The notes: generated by a model from the sequence alone, not told the origin. 64,000 nucleotides of DNA from an uncultured bacterium (GCA_965552055.1 CBEVQO010000008.1:1-64000), one strand, 5' to 3'. Shown: positions 53,145-63,690, counted from the stretch's first letter. Made by a program: numbers and translations.

Positions 53145-54128
53145 TTGAATGTAACAATTTTAGGAGCAGGAAACTGGGGAACTACTTTAGCAATCCTTTT
53201 AAGCAAAAAAGTAAGCAAAATACTCCTCTGGTCAATAGAGGAACCCGAAGAAATCGAAAGAACCCGTGAAAACAAAAAGTATTTGCCAGGGTTCAAAATA
53301 CCCCAAAATGTAAGAGTTACAGGAGACCTATCAGAAGCTCTCTCTAAAACTGAAGTCGTCATTTTTGCAGTACCATCACATGTTATGAGAGAAGTAGCAC
53401 AAAAGGTGTCAAAAATAAGGAAAGATTTTATCGCAGTAAGTGTAGCAAAAGGAATTGAATTGCATACCTTCAAAAGGATGACACAAATTCTCGAAGAAGA
53501 ATTAAATACAGATAAGGTTTGTGCATTATCAGGACCAACGATAGCAAGAGAAGTTGTTAGAGGTTTGCCGACCGCATGTGTATGTGCATCAAAAAATAAA
53601 TCTATAGGTGAAAAGATACAAAAATTGTTCAATACAAATACCTTTAGGGTTTATTACAGTGATGATGTCATTGGAGTGGAACTCGGTGGTGCTTTGAAGA
53701 ATGTCATTGTGCTTGCAGCCGGTATGTGTGATGGTTTAAATCTCGGTGTAAATGCAAAGAGTGCTCTTTTAACAAGGGGACTTTATGAGATGCAGAAACT
53801 TGGTGTTAAAATGGGTGCCAAACCTTTGACATTTGCTGGCTTATCGGGTATGGGCGACCTTATAACAACTGCTTTCAGTCAATATAGTAGAAACAGATAT
53901 GTTGGAGAAGAGCTCGGTAAAGGCAAAAAGTTAAAAGATATATTATCGGGAATGGTTATGGTAGCAGAGGGAGTAAAGACAGCAAAGGCGGTTTATGAAT
54001 TATCGCAGAAATACGAAATTGATATGCCGATAACAAAAGTAGTTTACGAAATATTATATGAAGACTTACCACCAAAAGAAGGCATAAAAAAATTGATGGA
54101 AAGACCATTAAAATCCGAGCTTGGCTAA
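53145..54128 (+). CDS. gpsA: NAD(P)H-dependent glycerol-3-phosphate dehydrogenase (start uncertain, 53103 or 53145)
   Basis: GAGNWGT, GGALKNV, GMGDLITT..SRN. Confidence 0.95.
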   Translation: MNVTILGAGNWGTTLAILLSKKVSKILLWSIEEPEEIERTRENKKYLPGFKIPQNVRVTGDLSEALSKTEVVIFAVPSHVMREVAQKVSKIRKDFIAVSVAKGIELHTFKRMTQILEEELNTDKVCALSGPTIAREVVRGLPTACVCASKNKSIGEKIQKLFNTNTFRVYYSDDVIGVELGGALKNVIVLAAGMCDGLNLGVNAKSALLTRGLYEMQKLGVKMGAKPLTFAGLSGMGDLITTAFSQYSRNRYVGEELGKGKKLKDILSGMVMVAEGVKTAKAVYELSQKYEIDMPITKVVYEILYEDLPPKEGIKKLMERPLKSELG

Positions 54129-54129
54129 A

Positions 54130-55827
54130 ATGCAAAAATATGTTGTAATTGTTGGTGGTGTTATAAGTGGTGTTGGAAAAGGAGTAGCAACTGCTTCCAT
54201 TGGTAAAATTTTGCAAGAATACGGCTATACAACAACTGCAATAAAGATTGACCCTTACATAAATTACGATGCAGGAACTTTGCGTCCAACAGAACATGGT
54301 GAAGTTTGGGTTACAGATGACGGAGGCGAAATAGACCAGGATTTGGGTAGCTACGAGCGCTTCCTTGGAAGAAGCATTCCAAAGAAAAATAACATAACAA
54401 CGGGACAAATCTATAAAGCAGTAATTGACAGGGAAAGAAGAGGAGAATATCTTGGACAAACAGTGCAGTTTATACCCCATGTTACAGATGAGATAAAAAG
54501 AAGGATAAAAGAAGCAGCGGAAGATTATGAAATTGTCCTGATAGAAATAGGTGGAACTGTGGGTGACTATGAAAATATACCTTATCTTTTCGCAATTAAA
54601 GGAATGGAGCTTGAAATCGGAAAGGAAAATGTTTCTTACATTTTAATAACATTTTTACCTGTGCCTTATCATATTGGGGAAATGAAAACAAAACCCACTC
54701 AGCAAGCGATCAAGCATCTGCAAGAAGTGGGCATCTCTCCCGATATTATTTTATGCAGAGGACCTGTTCCTCTTGACAGCGTACGCCGTAAAAAAATAGA
54801 AATCTACGCAAATATAAAATCGGACTATGTAATATCTGCACCCGACACCGATAACATTTATGAAATTCCTTTGAATTTTGAAAAAGAACATCTCGGTTTA
54901 AAAATCCTTGAGAAATTAAATTTAAAACCAAGAAAAAATCCTGATTTTTCTGAATGGAGGAGAAGAGTCGAAAATCTCGAAAAACCCGATGACATTGTCA
55001 AAATAGCAATGGTCGGTAAATATGTGAAAATTGGCGATTACATTTTAAAAGATTCTTATATTTCTATAAATGAGGCATTAAAGCATGCTTCTGCTGAAAC
55101 AAAAATAGGTGTCGAAATTGACTGGCTTGATTCAAACAAAATAACTTTTGATGATTTAAAAGGCTACCATGGCATAATTGTACCTGGAGGTTTTGGCTCT
55201 ACAGGAATTGAGGGCAAAATTCTTGCAATACAGTATGCTCGTGAAAAAGATGTGCCTTTCTTGGGACTGTGTCTTGGCATGCAGTTAGCTGTCTGCGAAT
55301 ATGCTCGTAATGTATGCGGATTGACAGGTGCAACATCTGCTGAATTTTCGCCAGATGCAAAATATAAAGTGATAGATTTCATTCCTTCACAGAAACGCCT
55401 TATTGAAAAAAAGAAATACGGAGGAACGATGAGATTGGGTGCATACGCTGCTTTCCTTTCCGAAAATTCTTTAGTTTATAAACTTTATAAAGAAACAGGA
55501 AGATTAGAAAAAGATATGCAAATTGATTTACCACGAAAGCGCAAAGGCAAAATTCCAAAGGATAAAAAATATTTTGTTGTAGAAAGACATCGCCATAGAT
55601 ATGAAGTCAACCCTGAATTTATTCCTATCTTAGAACAAAATGGTCTTAAATTTTCGGGGGTTCATATAAATTTGCATGGTGAGGAATTGATGGAATTTCT
55701 CGAATTACCCGGGCACATCTTCTTTGTTGCCACTCAAAGCCATCCCGAATTTAAATCACGCTTCCTTGACCCTGCTCCACTTTTTATCGGATTTTTAAAA
55801 GCCTGCCAGAAAAAGAAATATTCCTAA
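54130..55827 (+). CDS. pyrG: CTP synthase
   Basis: GGVISGVGKG, KTKPTQ, GLCLGMQ, RHRHRYE, HPEF. Confidence 0.97.
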   Translation: MQKYVVIVGGVISGVGKGVATASIGKILQEYGYTTTAIKIDPYINYDAGTLRPTEHGEVWVTDDGGEIDQDLGSYERFLGRSIPKKNNITTGQIYKAVIDRERRGEYLGQTVQFIPHVTDEIKRRIKEAAEDYEIVLIEIGGTVGDYENIPYLFAIKGMELEIGKENVSYILITFLPVPYHIGEMKTKPTQQAIKHLQEVGISPDIILCRGPVPLDSVRRKKIEIYANIKSDYVISAPDTDNIYEIPLNFEKEHLGLKILEKLNLKPRKNPDFSEWRRRVENLEKPDDIVKIAMVGKYVKIGDYILKDSYISINEALKHASAETKIGVEIDWLDSNKITFDDLKGYHGIIVPGGFGSTGIEGKILAIQYAREKDVPFLGLCLGMQLAVCEYARNVCGLTGATSAEFSPDAKYKVIDFIPSQKRLIEKKKYGGTMRLGAYAAFLSENSLVYKLYKETGRLEKDMQIDLPRKRKGKIPKDKKYFVVERHRHRYEVNPEFIPILEQNGLKFSGVHINLHGEELMEFLELPGHIFFVATQSHPEFKSRFLDPAPLFIGFLKACQKKKYS

Positions 55828-57833
55828 AAACTAAATTCTTCGATTTCTTCATACTCTTCGAGTTTCCATTCTGGTATTTTATGGAGATCGCAATATCTTT
55901 TTGGTTCTGTTCCTTTTATGAAATATTCTCTCCTTTTCCTCGGACAATTTTCAGTAGCTAGCAATCCGCTATCAAGGCATATCACCCTTTCTACAATTCC
56001 TGAAGGTGGTTTAAAATTTTTTACAGGTTTGCCTGCTTCTGCCCTTTTCATAAACTCAGCCCAGATAGGTGCTGCGAATCTGCCACCCGTTGCACCGCGC
56101 ACAATTGTCTTCGGCTTATCAAACCCAACCCATACTCCACAAACATAATAAGGAGTAAAGCCGATAAACCATGCATCGGTATAATCATCTGTGGTGCCTG
56201 TCTTACCTGCACAGGGTCTTAAAAACCCCTTACGCCGTATAGAACGAGCAGTACCATATTTCACAACACTCTGCATCATGCTTTGCATCAAAAAAGCAAC
56301 TTGGGGCGTTAAAACACGGTCCCTAACGGGCTCCGATTTGTAGATGATATTACCATTTCTATCAACGATTTTTAAAATATAAATGGGTTTCACTCTATAT
56401 CCTCCGTTCGCAAAAGCACAATAAGCTGTCACCATATCAAGCAAAGTAACGCAATTTGAACCAAGTGCAAGAGAAATAACAGGCAATAATTTGTGCTCTA
56501 TTCCCATATTTTCTGCAAGGTCAACTACTTTTTCTGGTGAAAATTTCATAATCAGCCTGACGGATACTAAATTGCGAGAATATGCTAAAGCATCTCTCAA
56601 AGTAATTCTTCCTAAAAATCTTCTATCATAATTCATCGGTGAATAAATAGTATCTCCTGCATCTACAACGATTGGTGCATCGAGCACCATTGTACCCGGT
56701 GTATAACCATTTTGTAAAGCAACAGCCCATACAAAAGGTTTAAAAGCAGAACCTGGCTGTCTCAATGCCTGAGTAGCACGGTTAAACATGCTCTCCCTGA
56801 AATCCCTTCCTCCTACCATCGCGAGTATCTCTCCTGTCCTTGGATTCATACAAAGCAAAGCACACTGCAAAGGTTCGCCTTTTTCCTCTCTCACCATATA
56901 AAATTTCTTCAACCTCTTTAACTCTCTTTTGACAACACTCTCTGCAATTTTTTGCAATCGAGAAGACAAAGTTGTATAAATTTTTGCACCACTTGTATAA
57001 AGAAATTCTTCGCCATATTCTCTTATCAAAATTTTTTTGACTTCTTCCACAAAATAAGGTCCAATTCCTGTTGTCTTTTTCTTCTTTTTCAATCCCAAAG
57101 GCGCATTTTTTGCGTATTCTGCTATATTTCTCGCAATTATACCCTTTTTTGCAAGCAAATCCAGAACTTTTGCCCTCATCTCAACTGCTTTCACAGGGTT
57201 AACAAACGGATTATAAGAAGAAGGAGCTCTCGGCAAACTTGCAAGTAAAGCACATTCTGGTAATGTTAAATCTTTTACATGTTTACCAAAATATTTTTCT
57301 GCTGCTGCTTCCACACCATATGCTCCCTGACCAAAATAAATGTTTGTAAGATACATCTCAAGGATTTCGTCTTTTGAAAATACTCTCTCAATTTTGACAG
57401 CAAGAATTGCTTCTTTTAATTTTCTAATCCATGTTCTTTCCATTGAAAGAAATAAATTCCTTGCCAGCTGCTGAGTTATAGTACTTGCACCTTGTACTAC
57501 TCTTCCAGCTCTTAAATTTGTAAGAAAAGCACGAGCAACACCGAAAATATCAATACCCCAATGTTTGTAAAACCTTTTATCTTCTTTTAAAATTATCGCT
57601 TTCTTCAAATATTCAGGTACTTCTGTAAGTTCCACAGGCTTTCTGCGTTGCCCCTGAAATTCATAGATAACATTTCCATCGCGATCAAGTATAACCGCAG
57701 GAATTGGAGGTTTATATTCTTTTAACCTTGAAATCGAAGGCAGAGTTTTATTAAGAGAGTAAATTACTCCAAATCCCAATCCAAAGATTGTTCCCCATAT
57801 TCCGCAACATATTAAAAAAGCTTTTCTCCACAT
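55824..57833 (-). CDS. Class A penicillin-binding protein (PBP1A family)
   Basis: EDKRF, GASTITQQL, GSAFKP, SRN, GKTGTT; second ATG is 6 nt after -10. Confidence 0.93.
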   Translation of the reverse strand: MWRKAFLICCGIWGTIFGLGFGVIYSLNKTLPSISRLKEYKPPIPAVILDRDGNVIYEFQGQRRKPVELTEVPEYLKKAIILKEDKRFYKHWGIDIFGVARAFLTNLRAGRVVQGASTITQQLARNLFLSMERTWIRKLKEAILAVKIERVFSKDEILEMYLTNIYFGQGAYGVEAAAEKYFGKHVKDLTLPECALLASLPRAPSSYNPFVNPVKAVEMRAKVLDLLAKKGIIARNIAEYAKNAPLGLKKKKKTTGIGPYFVEEVKKILIREYGEEFLYTSGAKIYTTLSSRLQKIAESVVKRELKRLKKFYMVREEKGEPLQCALLCMNPRTGEILAMVGGRDFRESMFNRATQALRQPGSAFKPFVWAVALQNGYTPGTMVLDAPIVVDAGDTIYSPMNYDRRFLGRITLRDALAYSRNLVSVRLIMKFSPEKVVDLAENMGIEHKLLPVISLALGSNCVTLLDMVTAYCAFANGGYRVKPIYILKIVDRNGNIIYKSEPVRDRVLTPQVAFLMQSMMQSVVKYGTARSIRRKGFLRPCAGKTGTTDDYTDAWFIGFTPYYVCGVWVGFDKPKTIVRGATGGRFAAPIWAEFMKRAEAGKPVKNFKPPSGIVERVICLDSGLLATENCPRKRREYFIKGTEPKRYCDLHKIPEWKLEEYEEIEEFSF

Positions 57834-57839
57834 CTTCAT

Positions 57840-57866
57840 ATTTTATTCTAAAAAGAAAAAAGTCAA
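57840..57866 (-). promoter_or_regulatory. Promoter TTGACT-N15-TAAAAT
   Basis: Direct motif match. Confidence 0.75.
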
Positions 57867-57875
57867 GCAAATAAT

Positions 57876-57896
57876 AAAAAAGCCCCCTGAGGGGGC
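57876..57896 (-). terminator. Intrinsic terminator-like hairpin
   Basis: Minus strand GCCCCC-TCA-GGGGGC followed by TTTTTT. Confidence 0.65.
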
Positions 57897-57982
57897 GGAA
57901 GGGGGAAGGGGCCTGTGCCTCTTATCTTATAACCAAATTCGTGTCAAAAGCCCTTGACTTTCCCATATTTTGACAATATTTA

Positions 57983-58963
57983 ATGATGGAAATAACAAAT
58001 CCAATACGGCAGGTAGGCGACGAAACGATAGAGAAAACCCTAAGACCACAAAAACTGGAAGATTTTGTAAATCAAGAGAGAATAAAAGAAATATTGAAAA
58101 TATCAATTGAATCCGCGAAAAAAAGGGGAGCTTCTCTCGACCACATTTTGCTTTATGGACCACCGGGTCTCGGTAAAACAACCCTTGCTCACATAATCGC
58201 AAAGGAAATGGGCAAAAAAATAATTGCAACTTCAGGACCCGCACTCGAGAAAAAGGTAGATCTGGTAGGAATACTAACAAAGTTAGAAGACGGAGATATT
58301 TTATTCATTGACGAAATCCACAGATTATCAAAACCTTTAGAAGAATACCTTTATCCAGCGATGGAAGATTTCAAAGTCGATGTAATAATAGAACCGGGTC
58401 CAAATGCAAAGACAATAAAATTGAATTTGAATAAATTTACATTGATAGGAGCAACAACAAGAACAGGTCTATTATCTTCTCCATTTAAGTCAAGATTTGA
58501 ATTTGAATTCCGTTTAACTTACTATCGACCTGAACATCTCAAAAAAATTATATTGAGGTCGGCAAAAATACTCGGAATAGACATTGATGAAGAAGCCGCT
58601 TTTGAGATAGCAAAAAGGTCTCGTGGCACTCCCCGTATAGCAAACAGATTACTGAAAAGAGCAAGAGATATGGCATTGTATATGTCAGAAAAAAAGATAA
58701 CAAAAAAAGTTGCAAAAGAAATGCTCGATAAACTGGGAATTGACGAAAACGGTCTTTGTGAACTCGACAGGAAAATACTGGAGACAATTGTAAAAAAATA
58801 TGCAGGTGGACCTGTTGGCTTAAAAACGATATCAGCTTCTGTGGGAGAAGACCCGGGAACAATTGAGGCAGATTTTGAACCTTACTTATTACAGGAAGGT
58901 TATATACAGAGAACCCAAAGAGGAAGAAAAGCAACTCAAAAAGCTTTTAATCTTTTTAGATGA
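57983..58963 (+). CDS. ruvB: Holliday junction branch migration helicase RuvB
   Basis: LRP, GPPGLGKTT, FIDEIHRL, RGTPRIANRLL. Confidence 0.97.
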   Translation: MMEITNPIRQVGDETIEKTLRPQKLEDFVNQERIKEILKISIESAKKRGASLDHILLYGPPGLGKTTLAHIIAKEMGKKIIATSGPALEKKVDLVGILTKLEDGDILFIDEIHRLSKPLEEYLYPAMEDFKVDVIIEPGPNAKTIKLNLNKFTLIGATTRTGLLSSPFKSRFEFEFRLTYYRPEHLKKIILRSAKILGIDIDEEAAFEIAKRSRGTPRIANRLLKRARDMALYMSEKKITKKVAKEMLDKLGIDENGLCELDRKILETIVKKYAGGPVGLKTISASVGEDPGTIEADFEPYLLQEGYIQRTQRGRKATQKAFNLFR

Positions 58964-60039
58964 AAATAATATCTGTAATCGGAGCAAGACCACAGTTTAT
59001 AAAACTAGCACCAATTTATAAAGAGATTAAAAAATATGATAAAATAGAACATAAAGTTTTGCATACAGGTCAGCATTACGATTTTAATATGTCTGACATT
59101 TTCTTTTTTGAACTGGATTTAAAGGCAGATTATAATCTTGGGATAGGTTCTGGCACTCATTCTGAGCAAACAGGCAGGATGCTTATAGAAATAGAGAAAG
59201 TTTTGATGGAAGAAAAGCCCGACCTTGTAATGGTTTATGGTGATACGAATTCCACGCTCGCAGGAGCTCTTGCAGCCGCAAAACTGCATATACCCGTGGC
59301 ACATGTAGAAGCAGGGGTCAGAAGTTTTAATATGAAAATGCCAGAAGAAATAAATAGATTACTTACAGACAGAATCTCAAAAATTTTATTTTGCCCCACA
59401 AAAACAGCGGTAAAAAATCTGAAAAAAGAAGGTCATAAAAGGGGAATTCATTTTGTAGGTGATGTGATGCTCGATATACTTTTGAACTCGAAAAATAAAA
59501 TCGAAGAAAAATATAAAGAAGTGCTTCAAAAATTCAAATTAGAGGAAAAAAATTTTTGTGTCGCTACGATACATCGTCAGGAAAATACAGATGATAAGAA
59601 TAGATTAAAAGAAATTTTTTCCGCATTATCAGAAATTGGTAAAAAAATAAAAGTTTTGATTCCTTTGCATCCAAGGACAAAAAAGAGATTAAAAGAATTC
59701 AATTTGAATCCCCAAAATATTGAAATAATTGAACCTGTATCTTATTTTGAAATGTTGTGCCTGCAAAAGGGAGCAAAAATTGTTCTCACGGATTCCGGTG
59801 GAATGCAAAAAGAGTCCGCATTCTTAAAAACTCCATGCTTAACATTGAGAGAAGAAACAGAATGGATAGAAACCATAACATCGGGATGGAACATCCTCGC
59901 AGGAAAAATAAAAAAAGAAGTAATCCTGGAGAAATTTGAAAAAATATTAATCTCAAAATCTAAAAAGGAAATTTACAAACAATTTGGTGCAGGCAAAGCA
60001 ACAAAAAATATCGTTAAAATTTTAAATTCTTTTGCTTGA
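58960..60039 (+). CDS. wecB: UDP-GlcNAc 2-epimerase (non-hydrolysing)
   Basis: GARPQFIK, HTGQHYD, GDTNST, HVEAG, TDSGG. Confidence 0.95.
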   Translation: MKIISVIGARPQFIKLAPIYKEIKKYDKIEHKVLHTGQHYDFNMSDIFFFELDLKADYNLGIGSGTHSEQTGRMLIEIEKVLMEEKPDLVMVYGDTNSTLAGALAAAKLHIPVAHVEAGVRSFNMKMPEEINRLLTDRISKILFCPTKTAVKNLKKEGHKRGIHFVGDVMLDILLNSKNKIEEKYKEVLQKFKLEEKNFCVATIHRQENTDDKNRLKEIFSALSEIGKKIKVLIPLHPRTKKRLKEFNLNPQNIEIIEPVSYFEMLCLQKGAKIVLTDSGGMQKESAFLKTPCLTLREETEWIETITSGWNILAGKIKKEVILEKFEKILISKSKKEIYKQFGAGKATKNIVKILNSFA

Positions 60040-60062
60040 CTTTTTAGGGGATACGATAAAAT
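60036..60062 (+). promoter_or_regulatory. Promoter TTGACT-N15-TAAAAT; -35 contains the wecB stop
   Basis: Direct motif match; GTG 5 nt after -10. Confidence 0.78.
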
Positions 60063-60067
60063 AAATT

Positions 60068-60979
60068 GTGAAAGAGATTTCTGTCATAATACCTGCTTAC
60101 AATGAAGAAAAAAATATCCCTGTACTAATACAGAAATTTAAAGAATTTTTGGAGAAAAATCCATTAAATCTCGAAGTGATAATTGTTGATGATGGAAGCA
60201 CAGATAAAACCTATGAAATAGCAAAAAATCTCGAAAAGGAAGTAAATTTTTTAAAAGTAATTAAGCATAGGGCAAATATGGGAAAAACCGAAGCTATTTT
60301 AACGGGCTTTGAAAAAGCAGAAGGTAAATACATCGTCATTATGGATGCAGATTTACAATATCTCCCCGAATCTATCACAAAACTCTATTCAAAAATAAAA
60401 GAAGGATTTGACATTGTAACAGGATGGAAGCGCGGTAAATATGAGAAAAAATTCGTATCTTCTGTCTATAACTGGCTATCGAGGAAACTTTTTAATCTCC
60501 CAATTCATGACCAGAATGCGATTAAAATTTTAAAAAGAGAAATTCTTGAAAATATTTTTTTAAGAAAGGACTGGCACAGGTATATCGTTGCACTCGCGTG
60601 CGAACAGGGTTATAAGGCAGGAGAGGTAGAAGTAGAGCTTCATCCCCGTCTTTATGGAGAATCAAAATACAGAGGATTTAAAAGAGTAATAATCGGCTTA
60701 CTCGATTTAATAGCGGTTAAATTTCAGACTTCATTTATGAAAAAGCCGATGTTACTCTTTGGTTCTTTTGGCGGTGCTTTAACACTTGCTGGCATACTCG
60801 TAGCAATCTATGCTTTTTACATGAGATTTGTAAAAGGAATAGGTTACAGACCTTTACTTTATCTTGTTATGCTTTTAATAATTGTTGGCATTGTGCTTTT
60901 TGTTATGGGTTTTCTTGCAGAAGCTATAAGTGGGTTGGCAGAGCGTGTTGATCGCCTTGAAAGAAGGTTGACAAAATGA
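60068..60979 (+). CDS. GT2-family polyprenyl-phosphate glycosyltransferase (ArnC/DPM-like)
   Basis: IPAYNE, VDDGSTD, MDADLQ, two C-terminal TM helices. Confidence 0.92.
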   Translation: MKEISVIIPAYNEEKNIPVLIQKFKEFLEKNPLNLEVIIVDDGSTDKTYEIAKNLEKEVNFLKVIKHRANMGKTEAILTGFEKAEGKYIVIMDADLQYLPESITKLYSKIKEGFDIVTGWKRGKYEKKFVSSVYNWLSRKLFNLPIHDQNAIKILKREILENIFLRKDWHRYIVALACEQGYKAGEVEVELHPRLYGESKYRGFKRVIIGLLDLIAVKFQTSFMKKPMLLFGSFGGALTLAGILVAIYAFYMRFVKGIGYRPLLYLVMLLIIVGIVLFVMGFLAEAISGLAERVDRLERRLTK

Positions 60980-61008
60980 AAATTTTGAATATATAAAATG
61001 GAGGGGGT

Positions 61009-61764
61009 ATGGCAGGGCATTCACATTGGGCACAAATAAAAAGGAAAAAAATGGCTCAAGACCAGAAGAGAGGAAAACTCTTCTCAAAATTGATGCGAGA
61101 GATAATGGTAGCTGCAAGATTGGGAGGTGGCAATCCCGACACAAATCCCAGACTAAGAAGGGCGATAGATGCTGCAAAAGATGCAGGGATGCCCAAGGAT
61201 AACATAGAAAGAGCCATCAAAAAAGGAACAGGCGAGTTGCCGGGTGAAGCACTCGAAGAGGTTAGCTACGAGGGATATGGACCTGCAGGTGTAGCTTTTA
61301 TGCTCGAAGCGATAACGGATAACAAAAACAGGACAACGAATGAGATAAGAAGGATATTCTCAAATTATGGCGGTAACCTCGGACAACACGGTTGTGTGTC
61401 ATGGATGTTTGAAAGCAAGGGAATAATCTATGTAGATGAAAATGCGGTTTCCGAAGAAGAATTGTATGATATCGTGATAGATGCAGGTGCAGAAGATATC
61501 GAAAAGGAAGGAGGGATGTATAAAATAACAACCTCGCCAGATGCATTTGAACAGGTAAAAGAGGCATTGAGAGCTCACAATATTGAATTTAAAGCAGAAT
61601 TCACAAAGATACCCAAAAACATAATAAAGATAACAAATAAATCGGATGCCGAGAAAATTTTGAAAATGATGGAAGCATTTGACGAACATGATGATATAAG
61701 ACATGTTTATGCGAATTTTGATATCCCTGTAGAAATAATGGAAGAAATAGCATCGAAAGGATGA
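61009..61764 (+). CDS. yebC: YebC/PmpR-family protein
   Basis: MAGHSHW, YEGYGP, TDNKNRT. Confidence 0.95.
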   Translation: MAGHSHWAQIKRKKMAQDQKRGKLFSKLMREIMVAARLGGGNPDTNPRLRRAIDAAKDAGMPKDNIERAIKKGTGELPGEALEEVSYEGYGPAGVAFMLEAITDNKNRTTNEIRRIFSNYGGNLGQHGCVSWMFESKGIIYVDENAVSEEELYDIVIDAGAEDIEKEGGMYKITTSPDAFEQVKEALRAHNIEFKAEFTKIPKNIIKITNKSDAEKILKMMEAFDEHDDIRHVYANFDIPVEIMEEIASKG

Positions 61765-62222
61765 GGATAATGGGTGTTGACCTTGGATTGCGTGAGCTCG
61801 GCTACGCAGTCCTTGAAAAATCAAAAGTAGTAAAAGCAGGAAAAATAAAAGTAAAGAGTAAAAATCCACTTGAAAAAAGGGTTTATACAATTTATGAAGA
61901 ATTCAAAAGGCTTCTCGATGATTTAAATCCCGATATTGTGGTGTATGAAAGCGCTTTTTATAGCGCAAATCCGCGCTCTTACTCCGCACTTTCGCTTTCG
62001 CTCGGTGCAGTGTTAATTGCATCTGCTGAAAAAGGCAAAAAGGTAGAAGAACTTACACCTGCGGAAATCAAAAAATCAATAACAGGAAAAGGAAATGCAG
62101 GTAAAAATGCGGTAAAATATATGGTCTCAAAAATACTTAATATTGAAAAAATTTCTGACGAACATATATCTGATGCAATAGCATGTGCATTATGTTATCA
62201 AATGAGGAGTGAAAATGAATAG
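61761..62222 (+). CDS. ruvC: Holliday junction resolvase RuvC
   Basis: GVDLG, IKKSITGKGNAGK, SDAIACA. Confidence 0.92.
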   Translation: MRIMGVDLGLRELGYAVLEKSKVVKAGKIKVKSKNPLEKRVYTIYEEFKRLLDDLNPDIVVYESAFYSANPRSYSALSLSLGAVLIASAEKGKKVEELTPAEIKKSITGKGNAGKNAVKYMVSKILNIEKISDEHISDAIACALCYQMRSENE

Positions 62223-62436
62223 GAAATTACCTGCAAAAATAGAAAAGGTAGTTGCACCATGTCCTGTTTGCAAGTCGATAACAGATATATGGATAAAAGA
62301 GAAAGACGGCGACCTATACGGAATATGCTCATTCTGTAAAAGCATCGTGTTCTACTTAAACAAAGATGTACCCCAACCTTTCTTCGTAATAGAAGCATTT
62401 AAGCAAAAGGATTACGAAAGATTCATAAAAGTTTAA
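62209..62436 (+). CDS. Small zinc-ribbon hypothetical protein
   Basis: CPVC...CSFC; coupled to both ruvC and ruvA. Confidence 0.65.
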   Translation: MKMNRKLPAKIEKVVAPCPVCKSITDIWIKEKDGDLYGICSFCKSIVFYLNKDVPQPFFVIEAFKQKDYERFIKV

Positions 62437-62978
62437 TGATCGCTAAACTGCGGGGGAAGGTAATCGAAAAAGGGCTAACCTATATTTTTCTCGATGTAAA
62501 TGGAATTACTTTTTTACTGAAAATACCTTTAAGTACAGGAAGGGAGATAAAATCGGAAAAAGTAGAATTATTTACTCATCTCGAAATAACAGAAAAAGGT
62601 CCGGAATTGTATGGCTTTTTGACAAAAGAAGAGAAAGAGTTTTTTGAAGATTTGATAGGAATAGCAGGGGTGGGAGGTGCAATTGCTCTCAAAGTTTTGT
62701 CTTCATTTTCTTACGATGAATTCAAAGAAATTGTCCTTGAAAATAAAGTTTATGAGTTAAAGGCAATAAAAGGGATTGGCGAGAAAACCGCCTTAAGAAT
62801 AATAGCAGATTTAACAGAGAAATACAAAAGAGAAGTGATAACGGATATCGAGAGAGAAGCAGTTAAAGCACTATGTTCCATGGGAGTTGATAGGAAAAAA
62901 GCAAGAGAAGTAATAAAAAAATGCAAAGAGAGAAAAAACCTTGAAAATTTAATAAAAGAAGCACTAAAAATGCTCTAA
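62436..62978 (+). CDS. ruvA: Holliday junction DNA-binding protein RuvA
   Basis: MIAKLRG, LYGF, GIGEKTALRI. Confidence 0.93.
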   Translation: MIAKLRGKVIEKGLTYIFLDVNGITFLLKIPLSTGREIKSEKVELFTHLEITEKGPELYGFLTKEEKEFFEDLIGIAGVGGAIALKVLSSFSYDEFKEIVLENKVYELKAIKGIGEKTALRIIADLTEKYKREVITDIEREAVKALCSMGVDRKKAREVIKKCKERKNLENLIKEALKML

Positions 62979-63533
62979 CTCTTCTTTAATCTTCAAAAGC
63001 ATTTCAAATTTCTTTAAAAAGTTCTTTTCATATTCCTCATCAAGAGTTTTGCATAATTGATTTATCTTTTCCCAATTAAGATTAAGATTTTTATTCATCA
63101 AAATACCCTTTATATCTTCAATATCTTTGGGTTTTTCTGCTGCCAGTTTGTAAACTATCAATTCTTCAGGCGGACAGATTTTCCATTTTTTGCCCCATAT
63201 CTCAACTTCCTTTGCACCATCTAATGCTTCATAATCAATTGTGAAAGACGCAATCCTTACATCAACGGATATACCCTCTTTATACCACAATTTTGCAGGA
63301 CGCCCTTCTTCTAATTTACACAAAGTTTTATCAAAATCAAATTTTAACCCTATTTTTTCCATTTCGAGAAGAAAATTCTTAATATCTTCTTTTTCAATGG
63401 AAATCACGATATCGATGTTTAATGTAGCAGCAGGTATACCCCAGCATGCCACAGCTACTCTGCCCATCACAAAATAATCGATTTGCAATCGGGATAAAAC
63501 TTCATTTACCTTCTGGGCTATTTCTTTTAACAT
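62964..63533 (-). CDS. Nucleotidyltransferase-like protein (DUF6036-like) with degenerate motifs
   Basis: YFVMGRVAVACWG..TLNIDIV, PEELIVYKL..KDIEDI. Confidence 0.75.
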   Translation of the reverse strand: MLKEIAQKVNEVLSRLQIDYFVMGRVAVACWGIPAATLNIDIVISIEKEDIKNFLLEMEKIGLKFDFDKTLCKLEEGRPAKLWYKEGISVDVRIASFTIDYEALDGAKEVEIWGKKWKICPPEELIVYKLAAEKPKDIEDIKGILMNKNLNLNWEKINQLCKTLDEEYEKNFLKKFEMLLKIKEELEHF

Positions 63534-63690
63534 AATTTCTGCCGGCTATATAAAATTGGAAAACAAAGTCAACAAGTTCTTCAAATAATTTGATTTTCTT
63601 TCTAAGAGGGAGATTCGCTATTTTCACATTTTCTTCTCTTTTCATTTCTTCGAAATCTTTCTTGATTTTTTCCCCTGGTGTTTGTTTCAC
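63502..63690 (-). CDS. Small hypothetical partner protein
   Basis: Overlaps both neighbouring genes. Confidence 0.55.
   Translation of the reverse strand: MKQTPGEKIKKDFEEMKREENVKIANLPLRKKIKLFEELVDFVFQFYIAGRNYVKRNSPEGK

Noticed and set aside
53041..60998. TTGAC sites at 53041, 57954 and 60968 as promoters
   Set aside because: No convincing -10 at 15-17 bp; left out of the counted set
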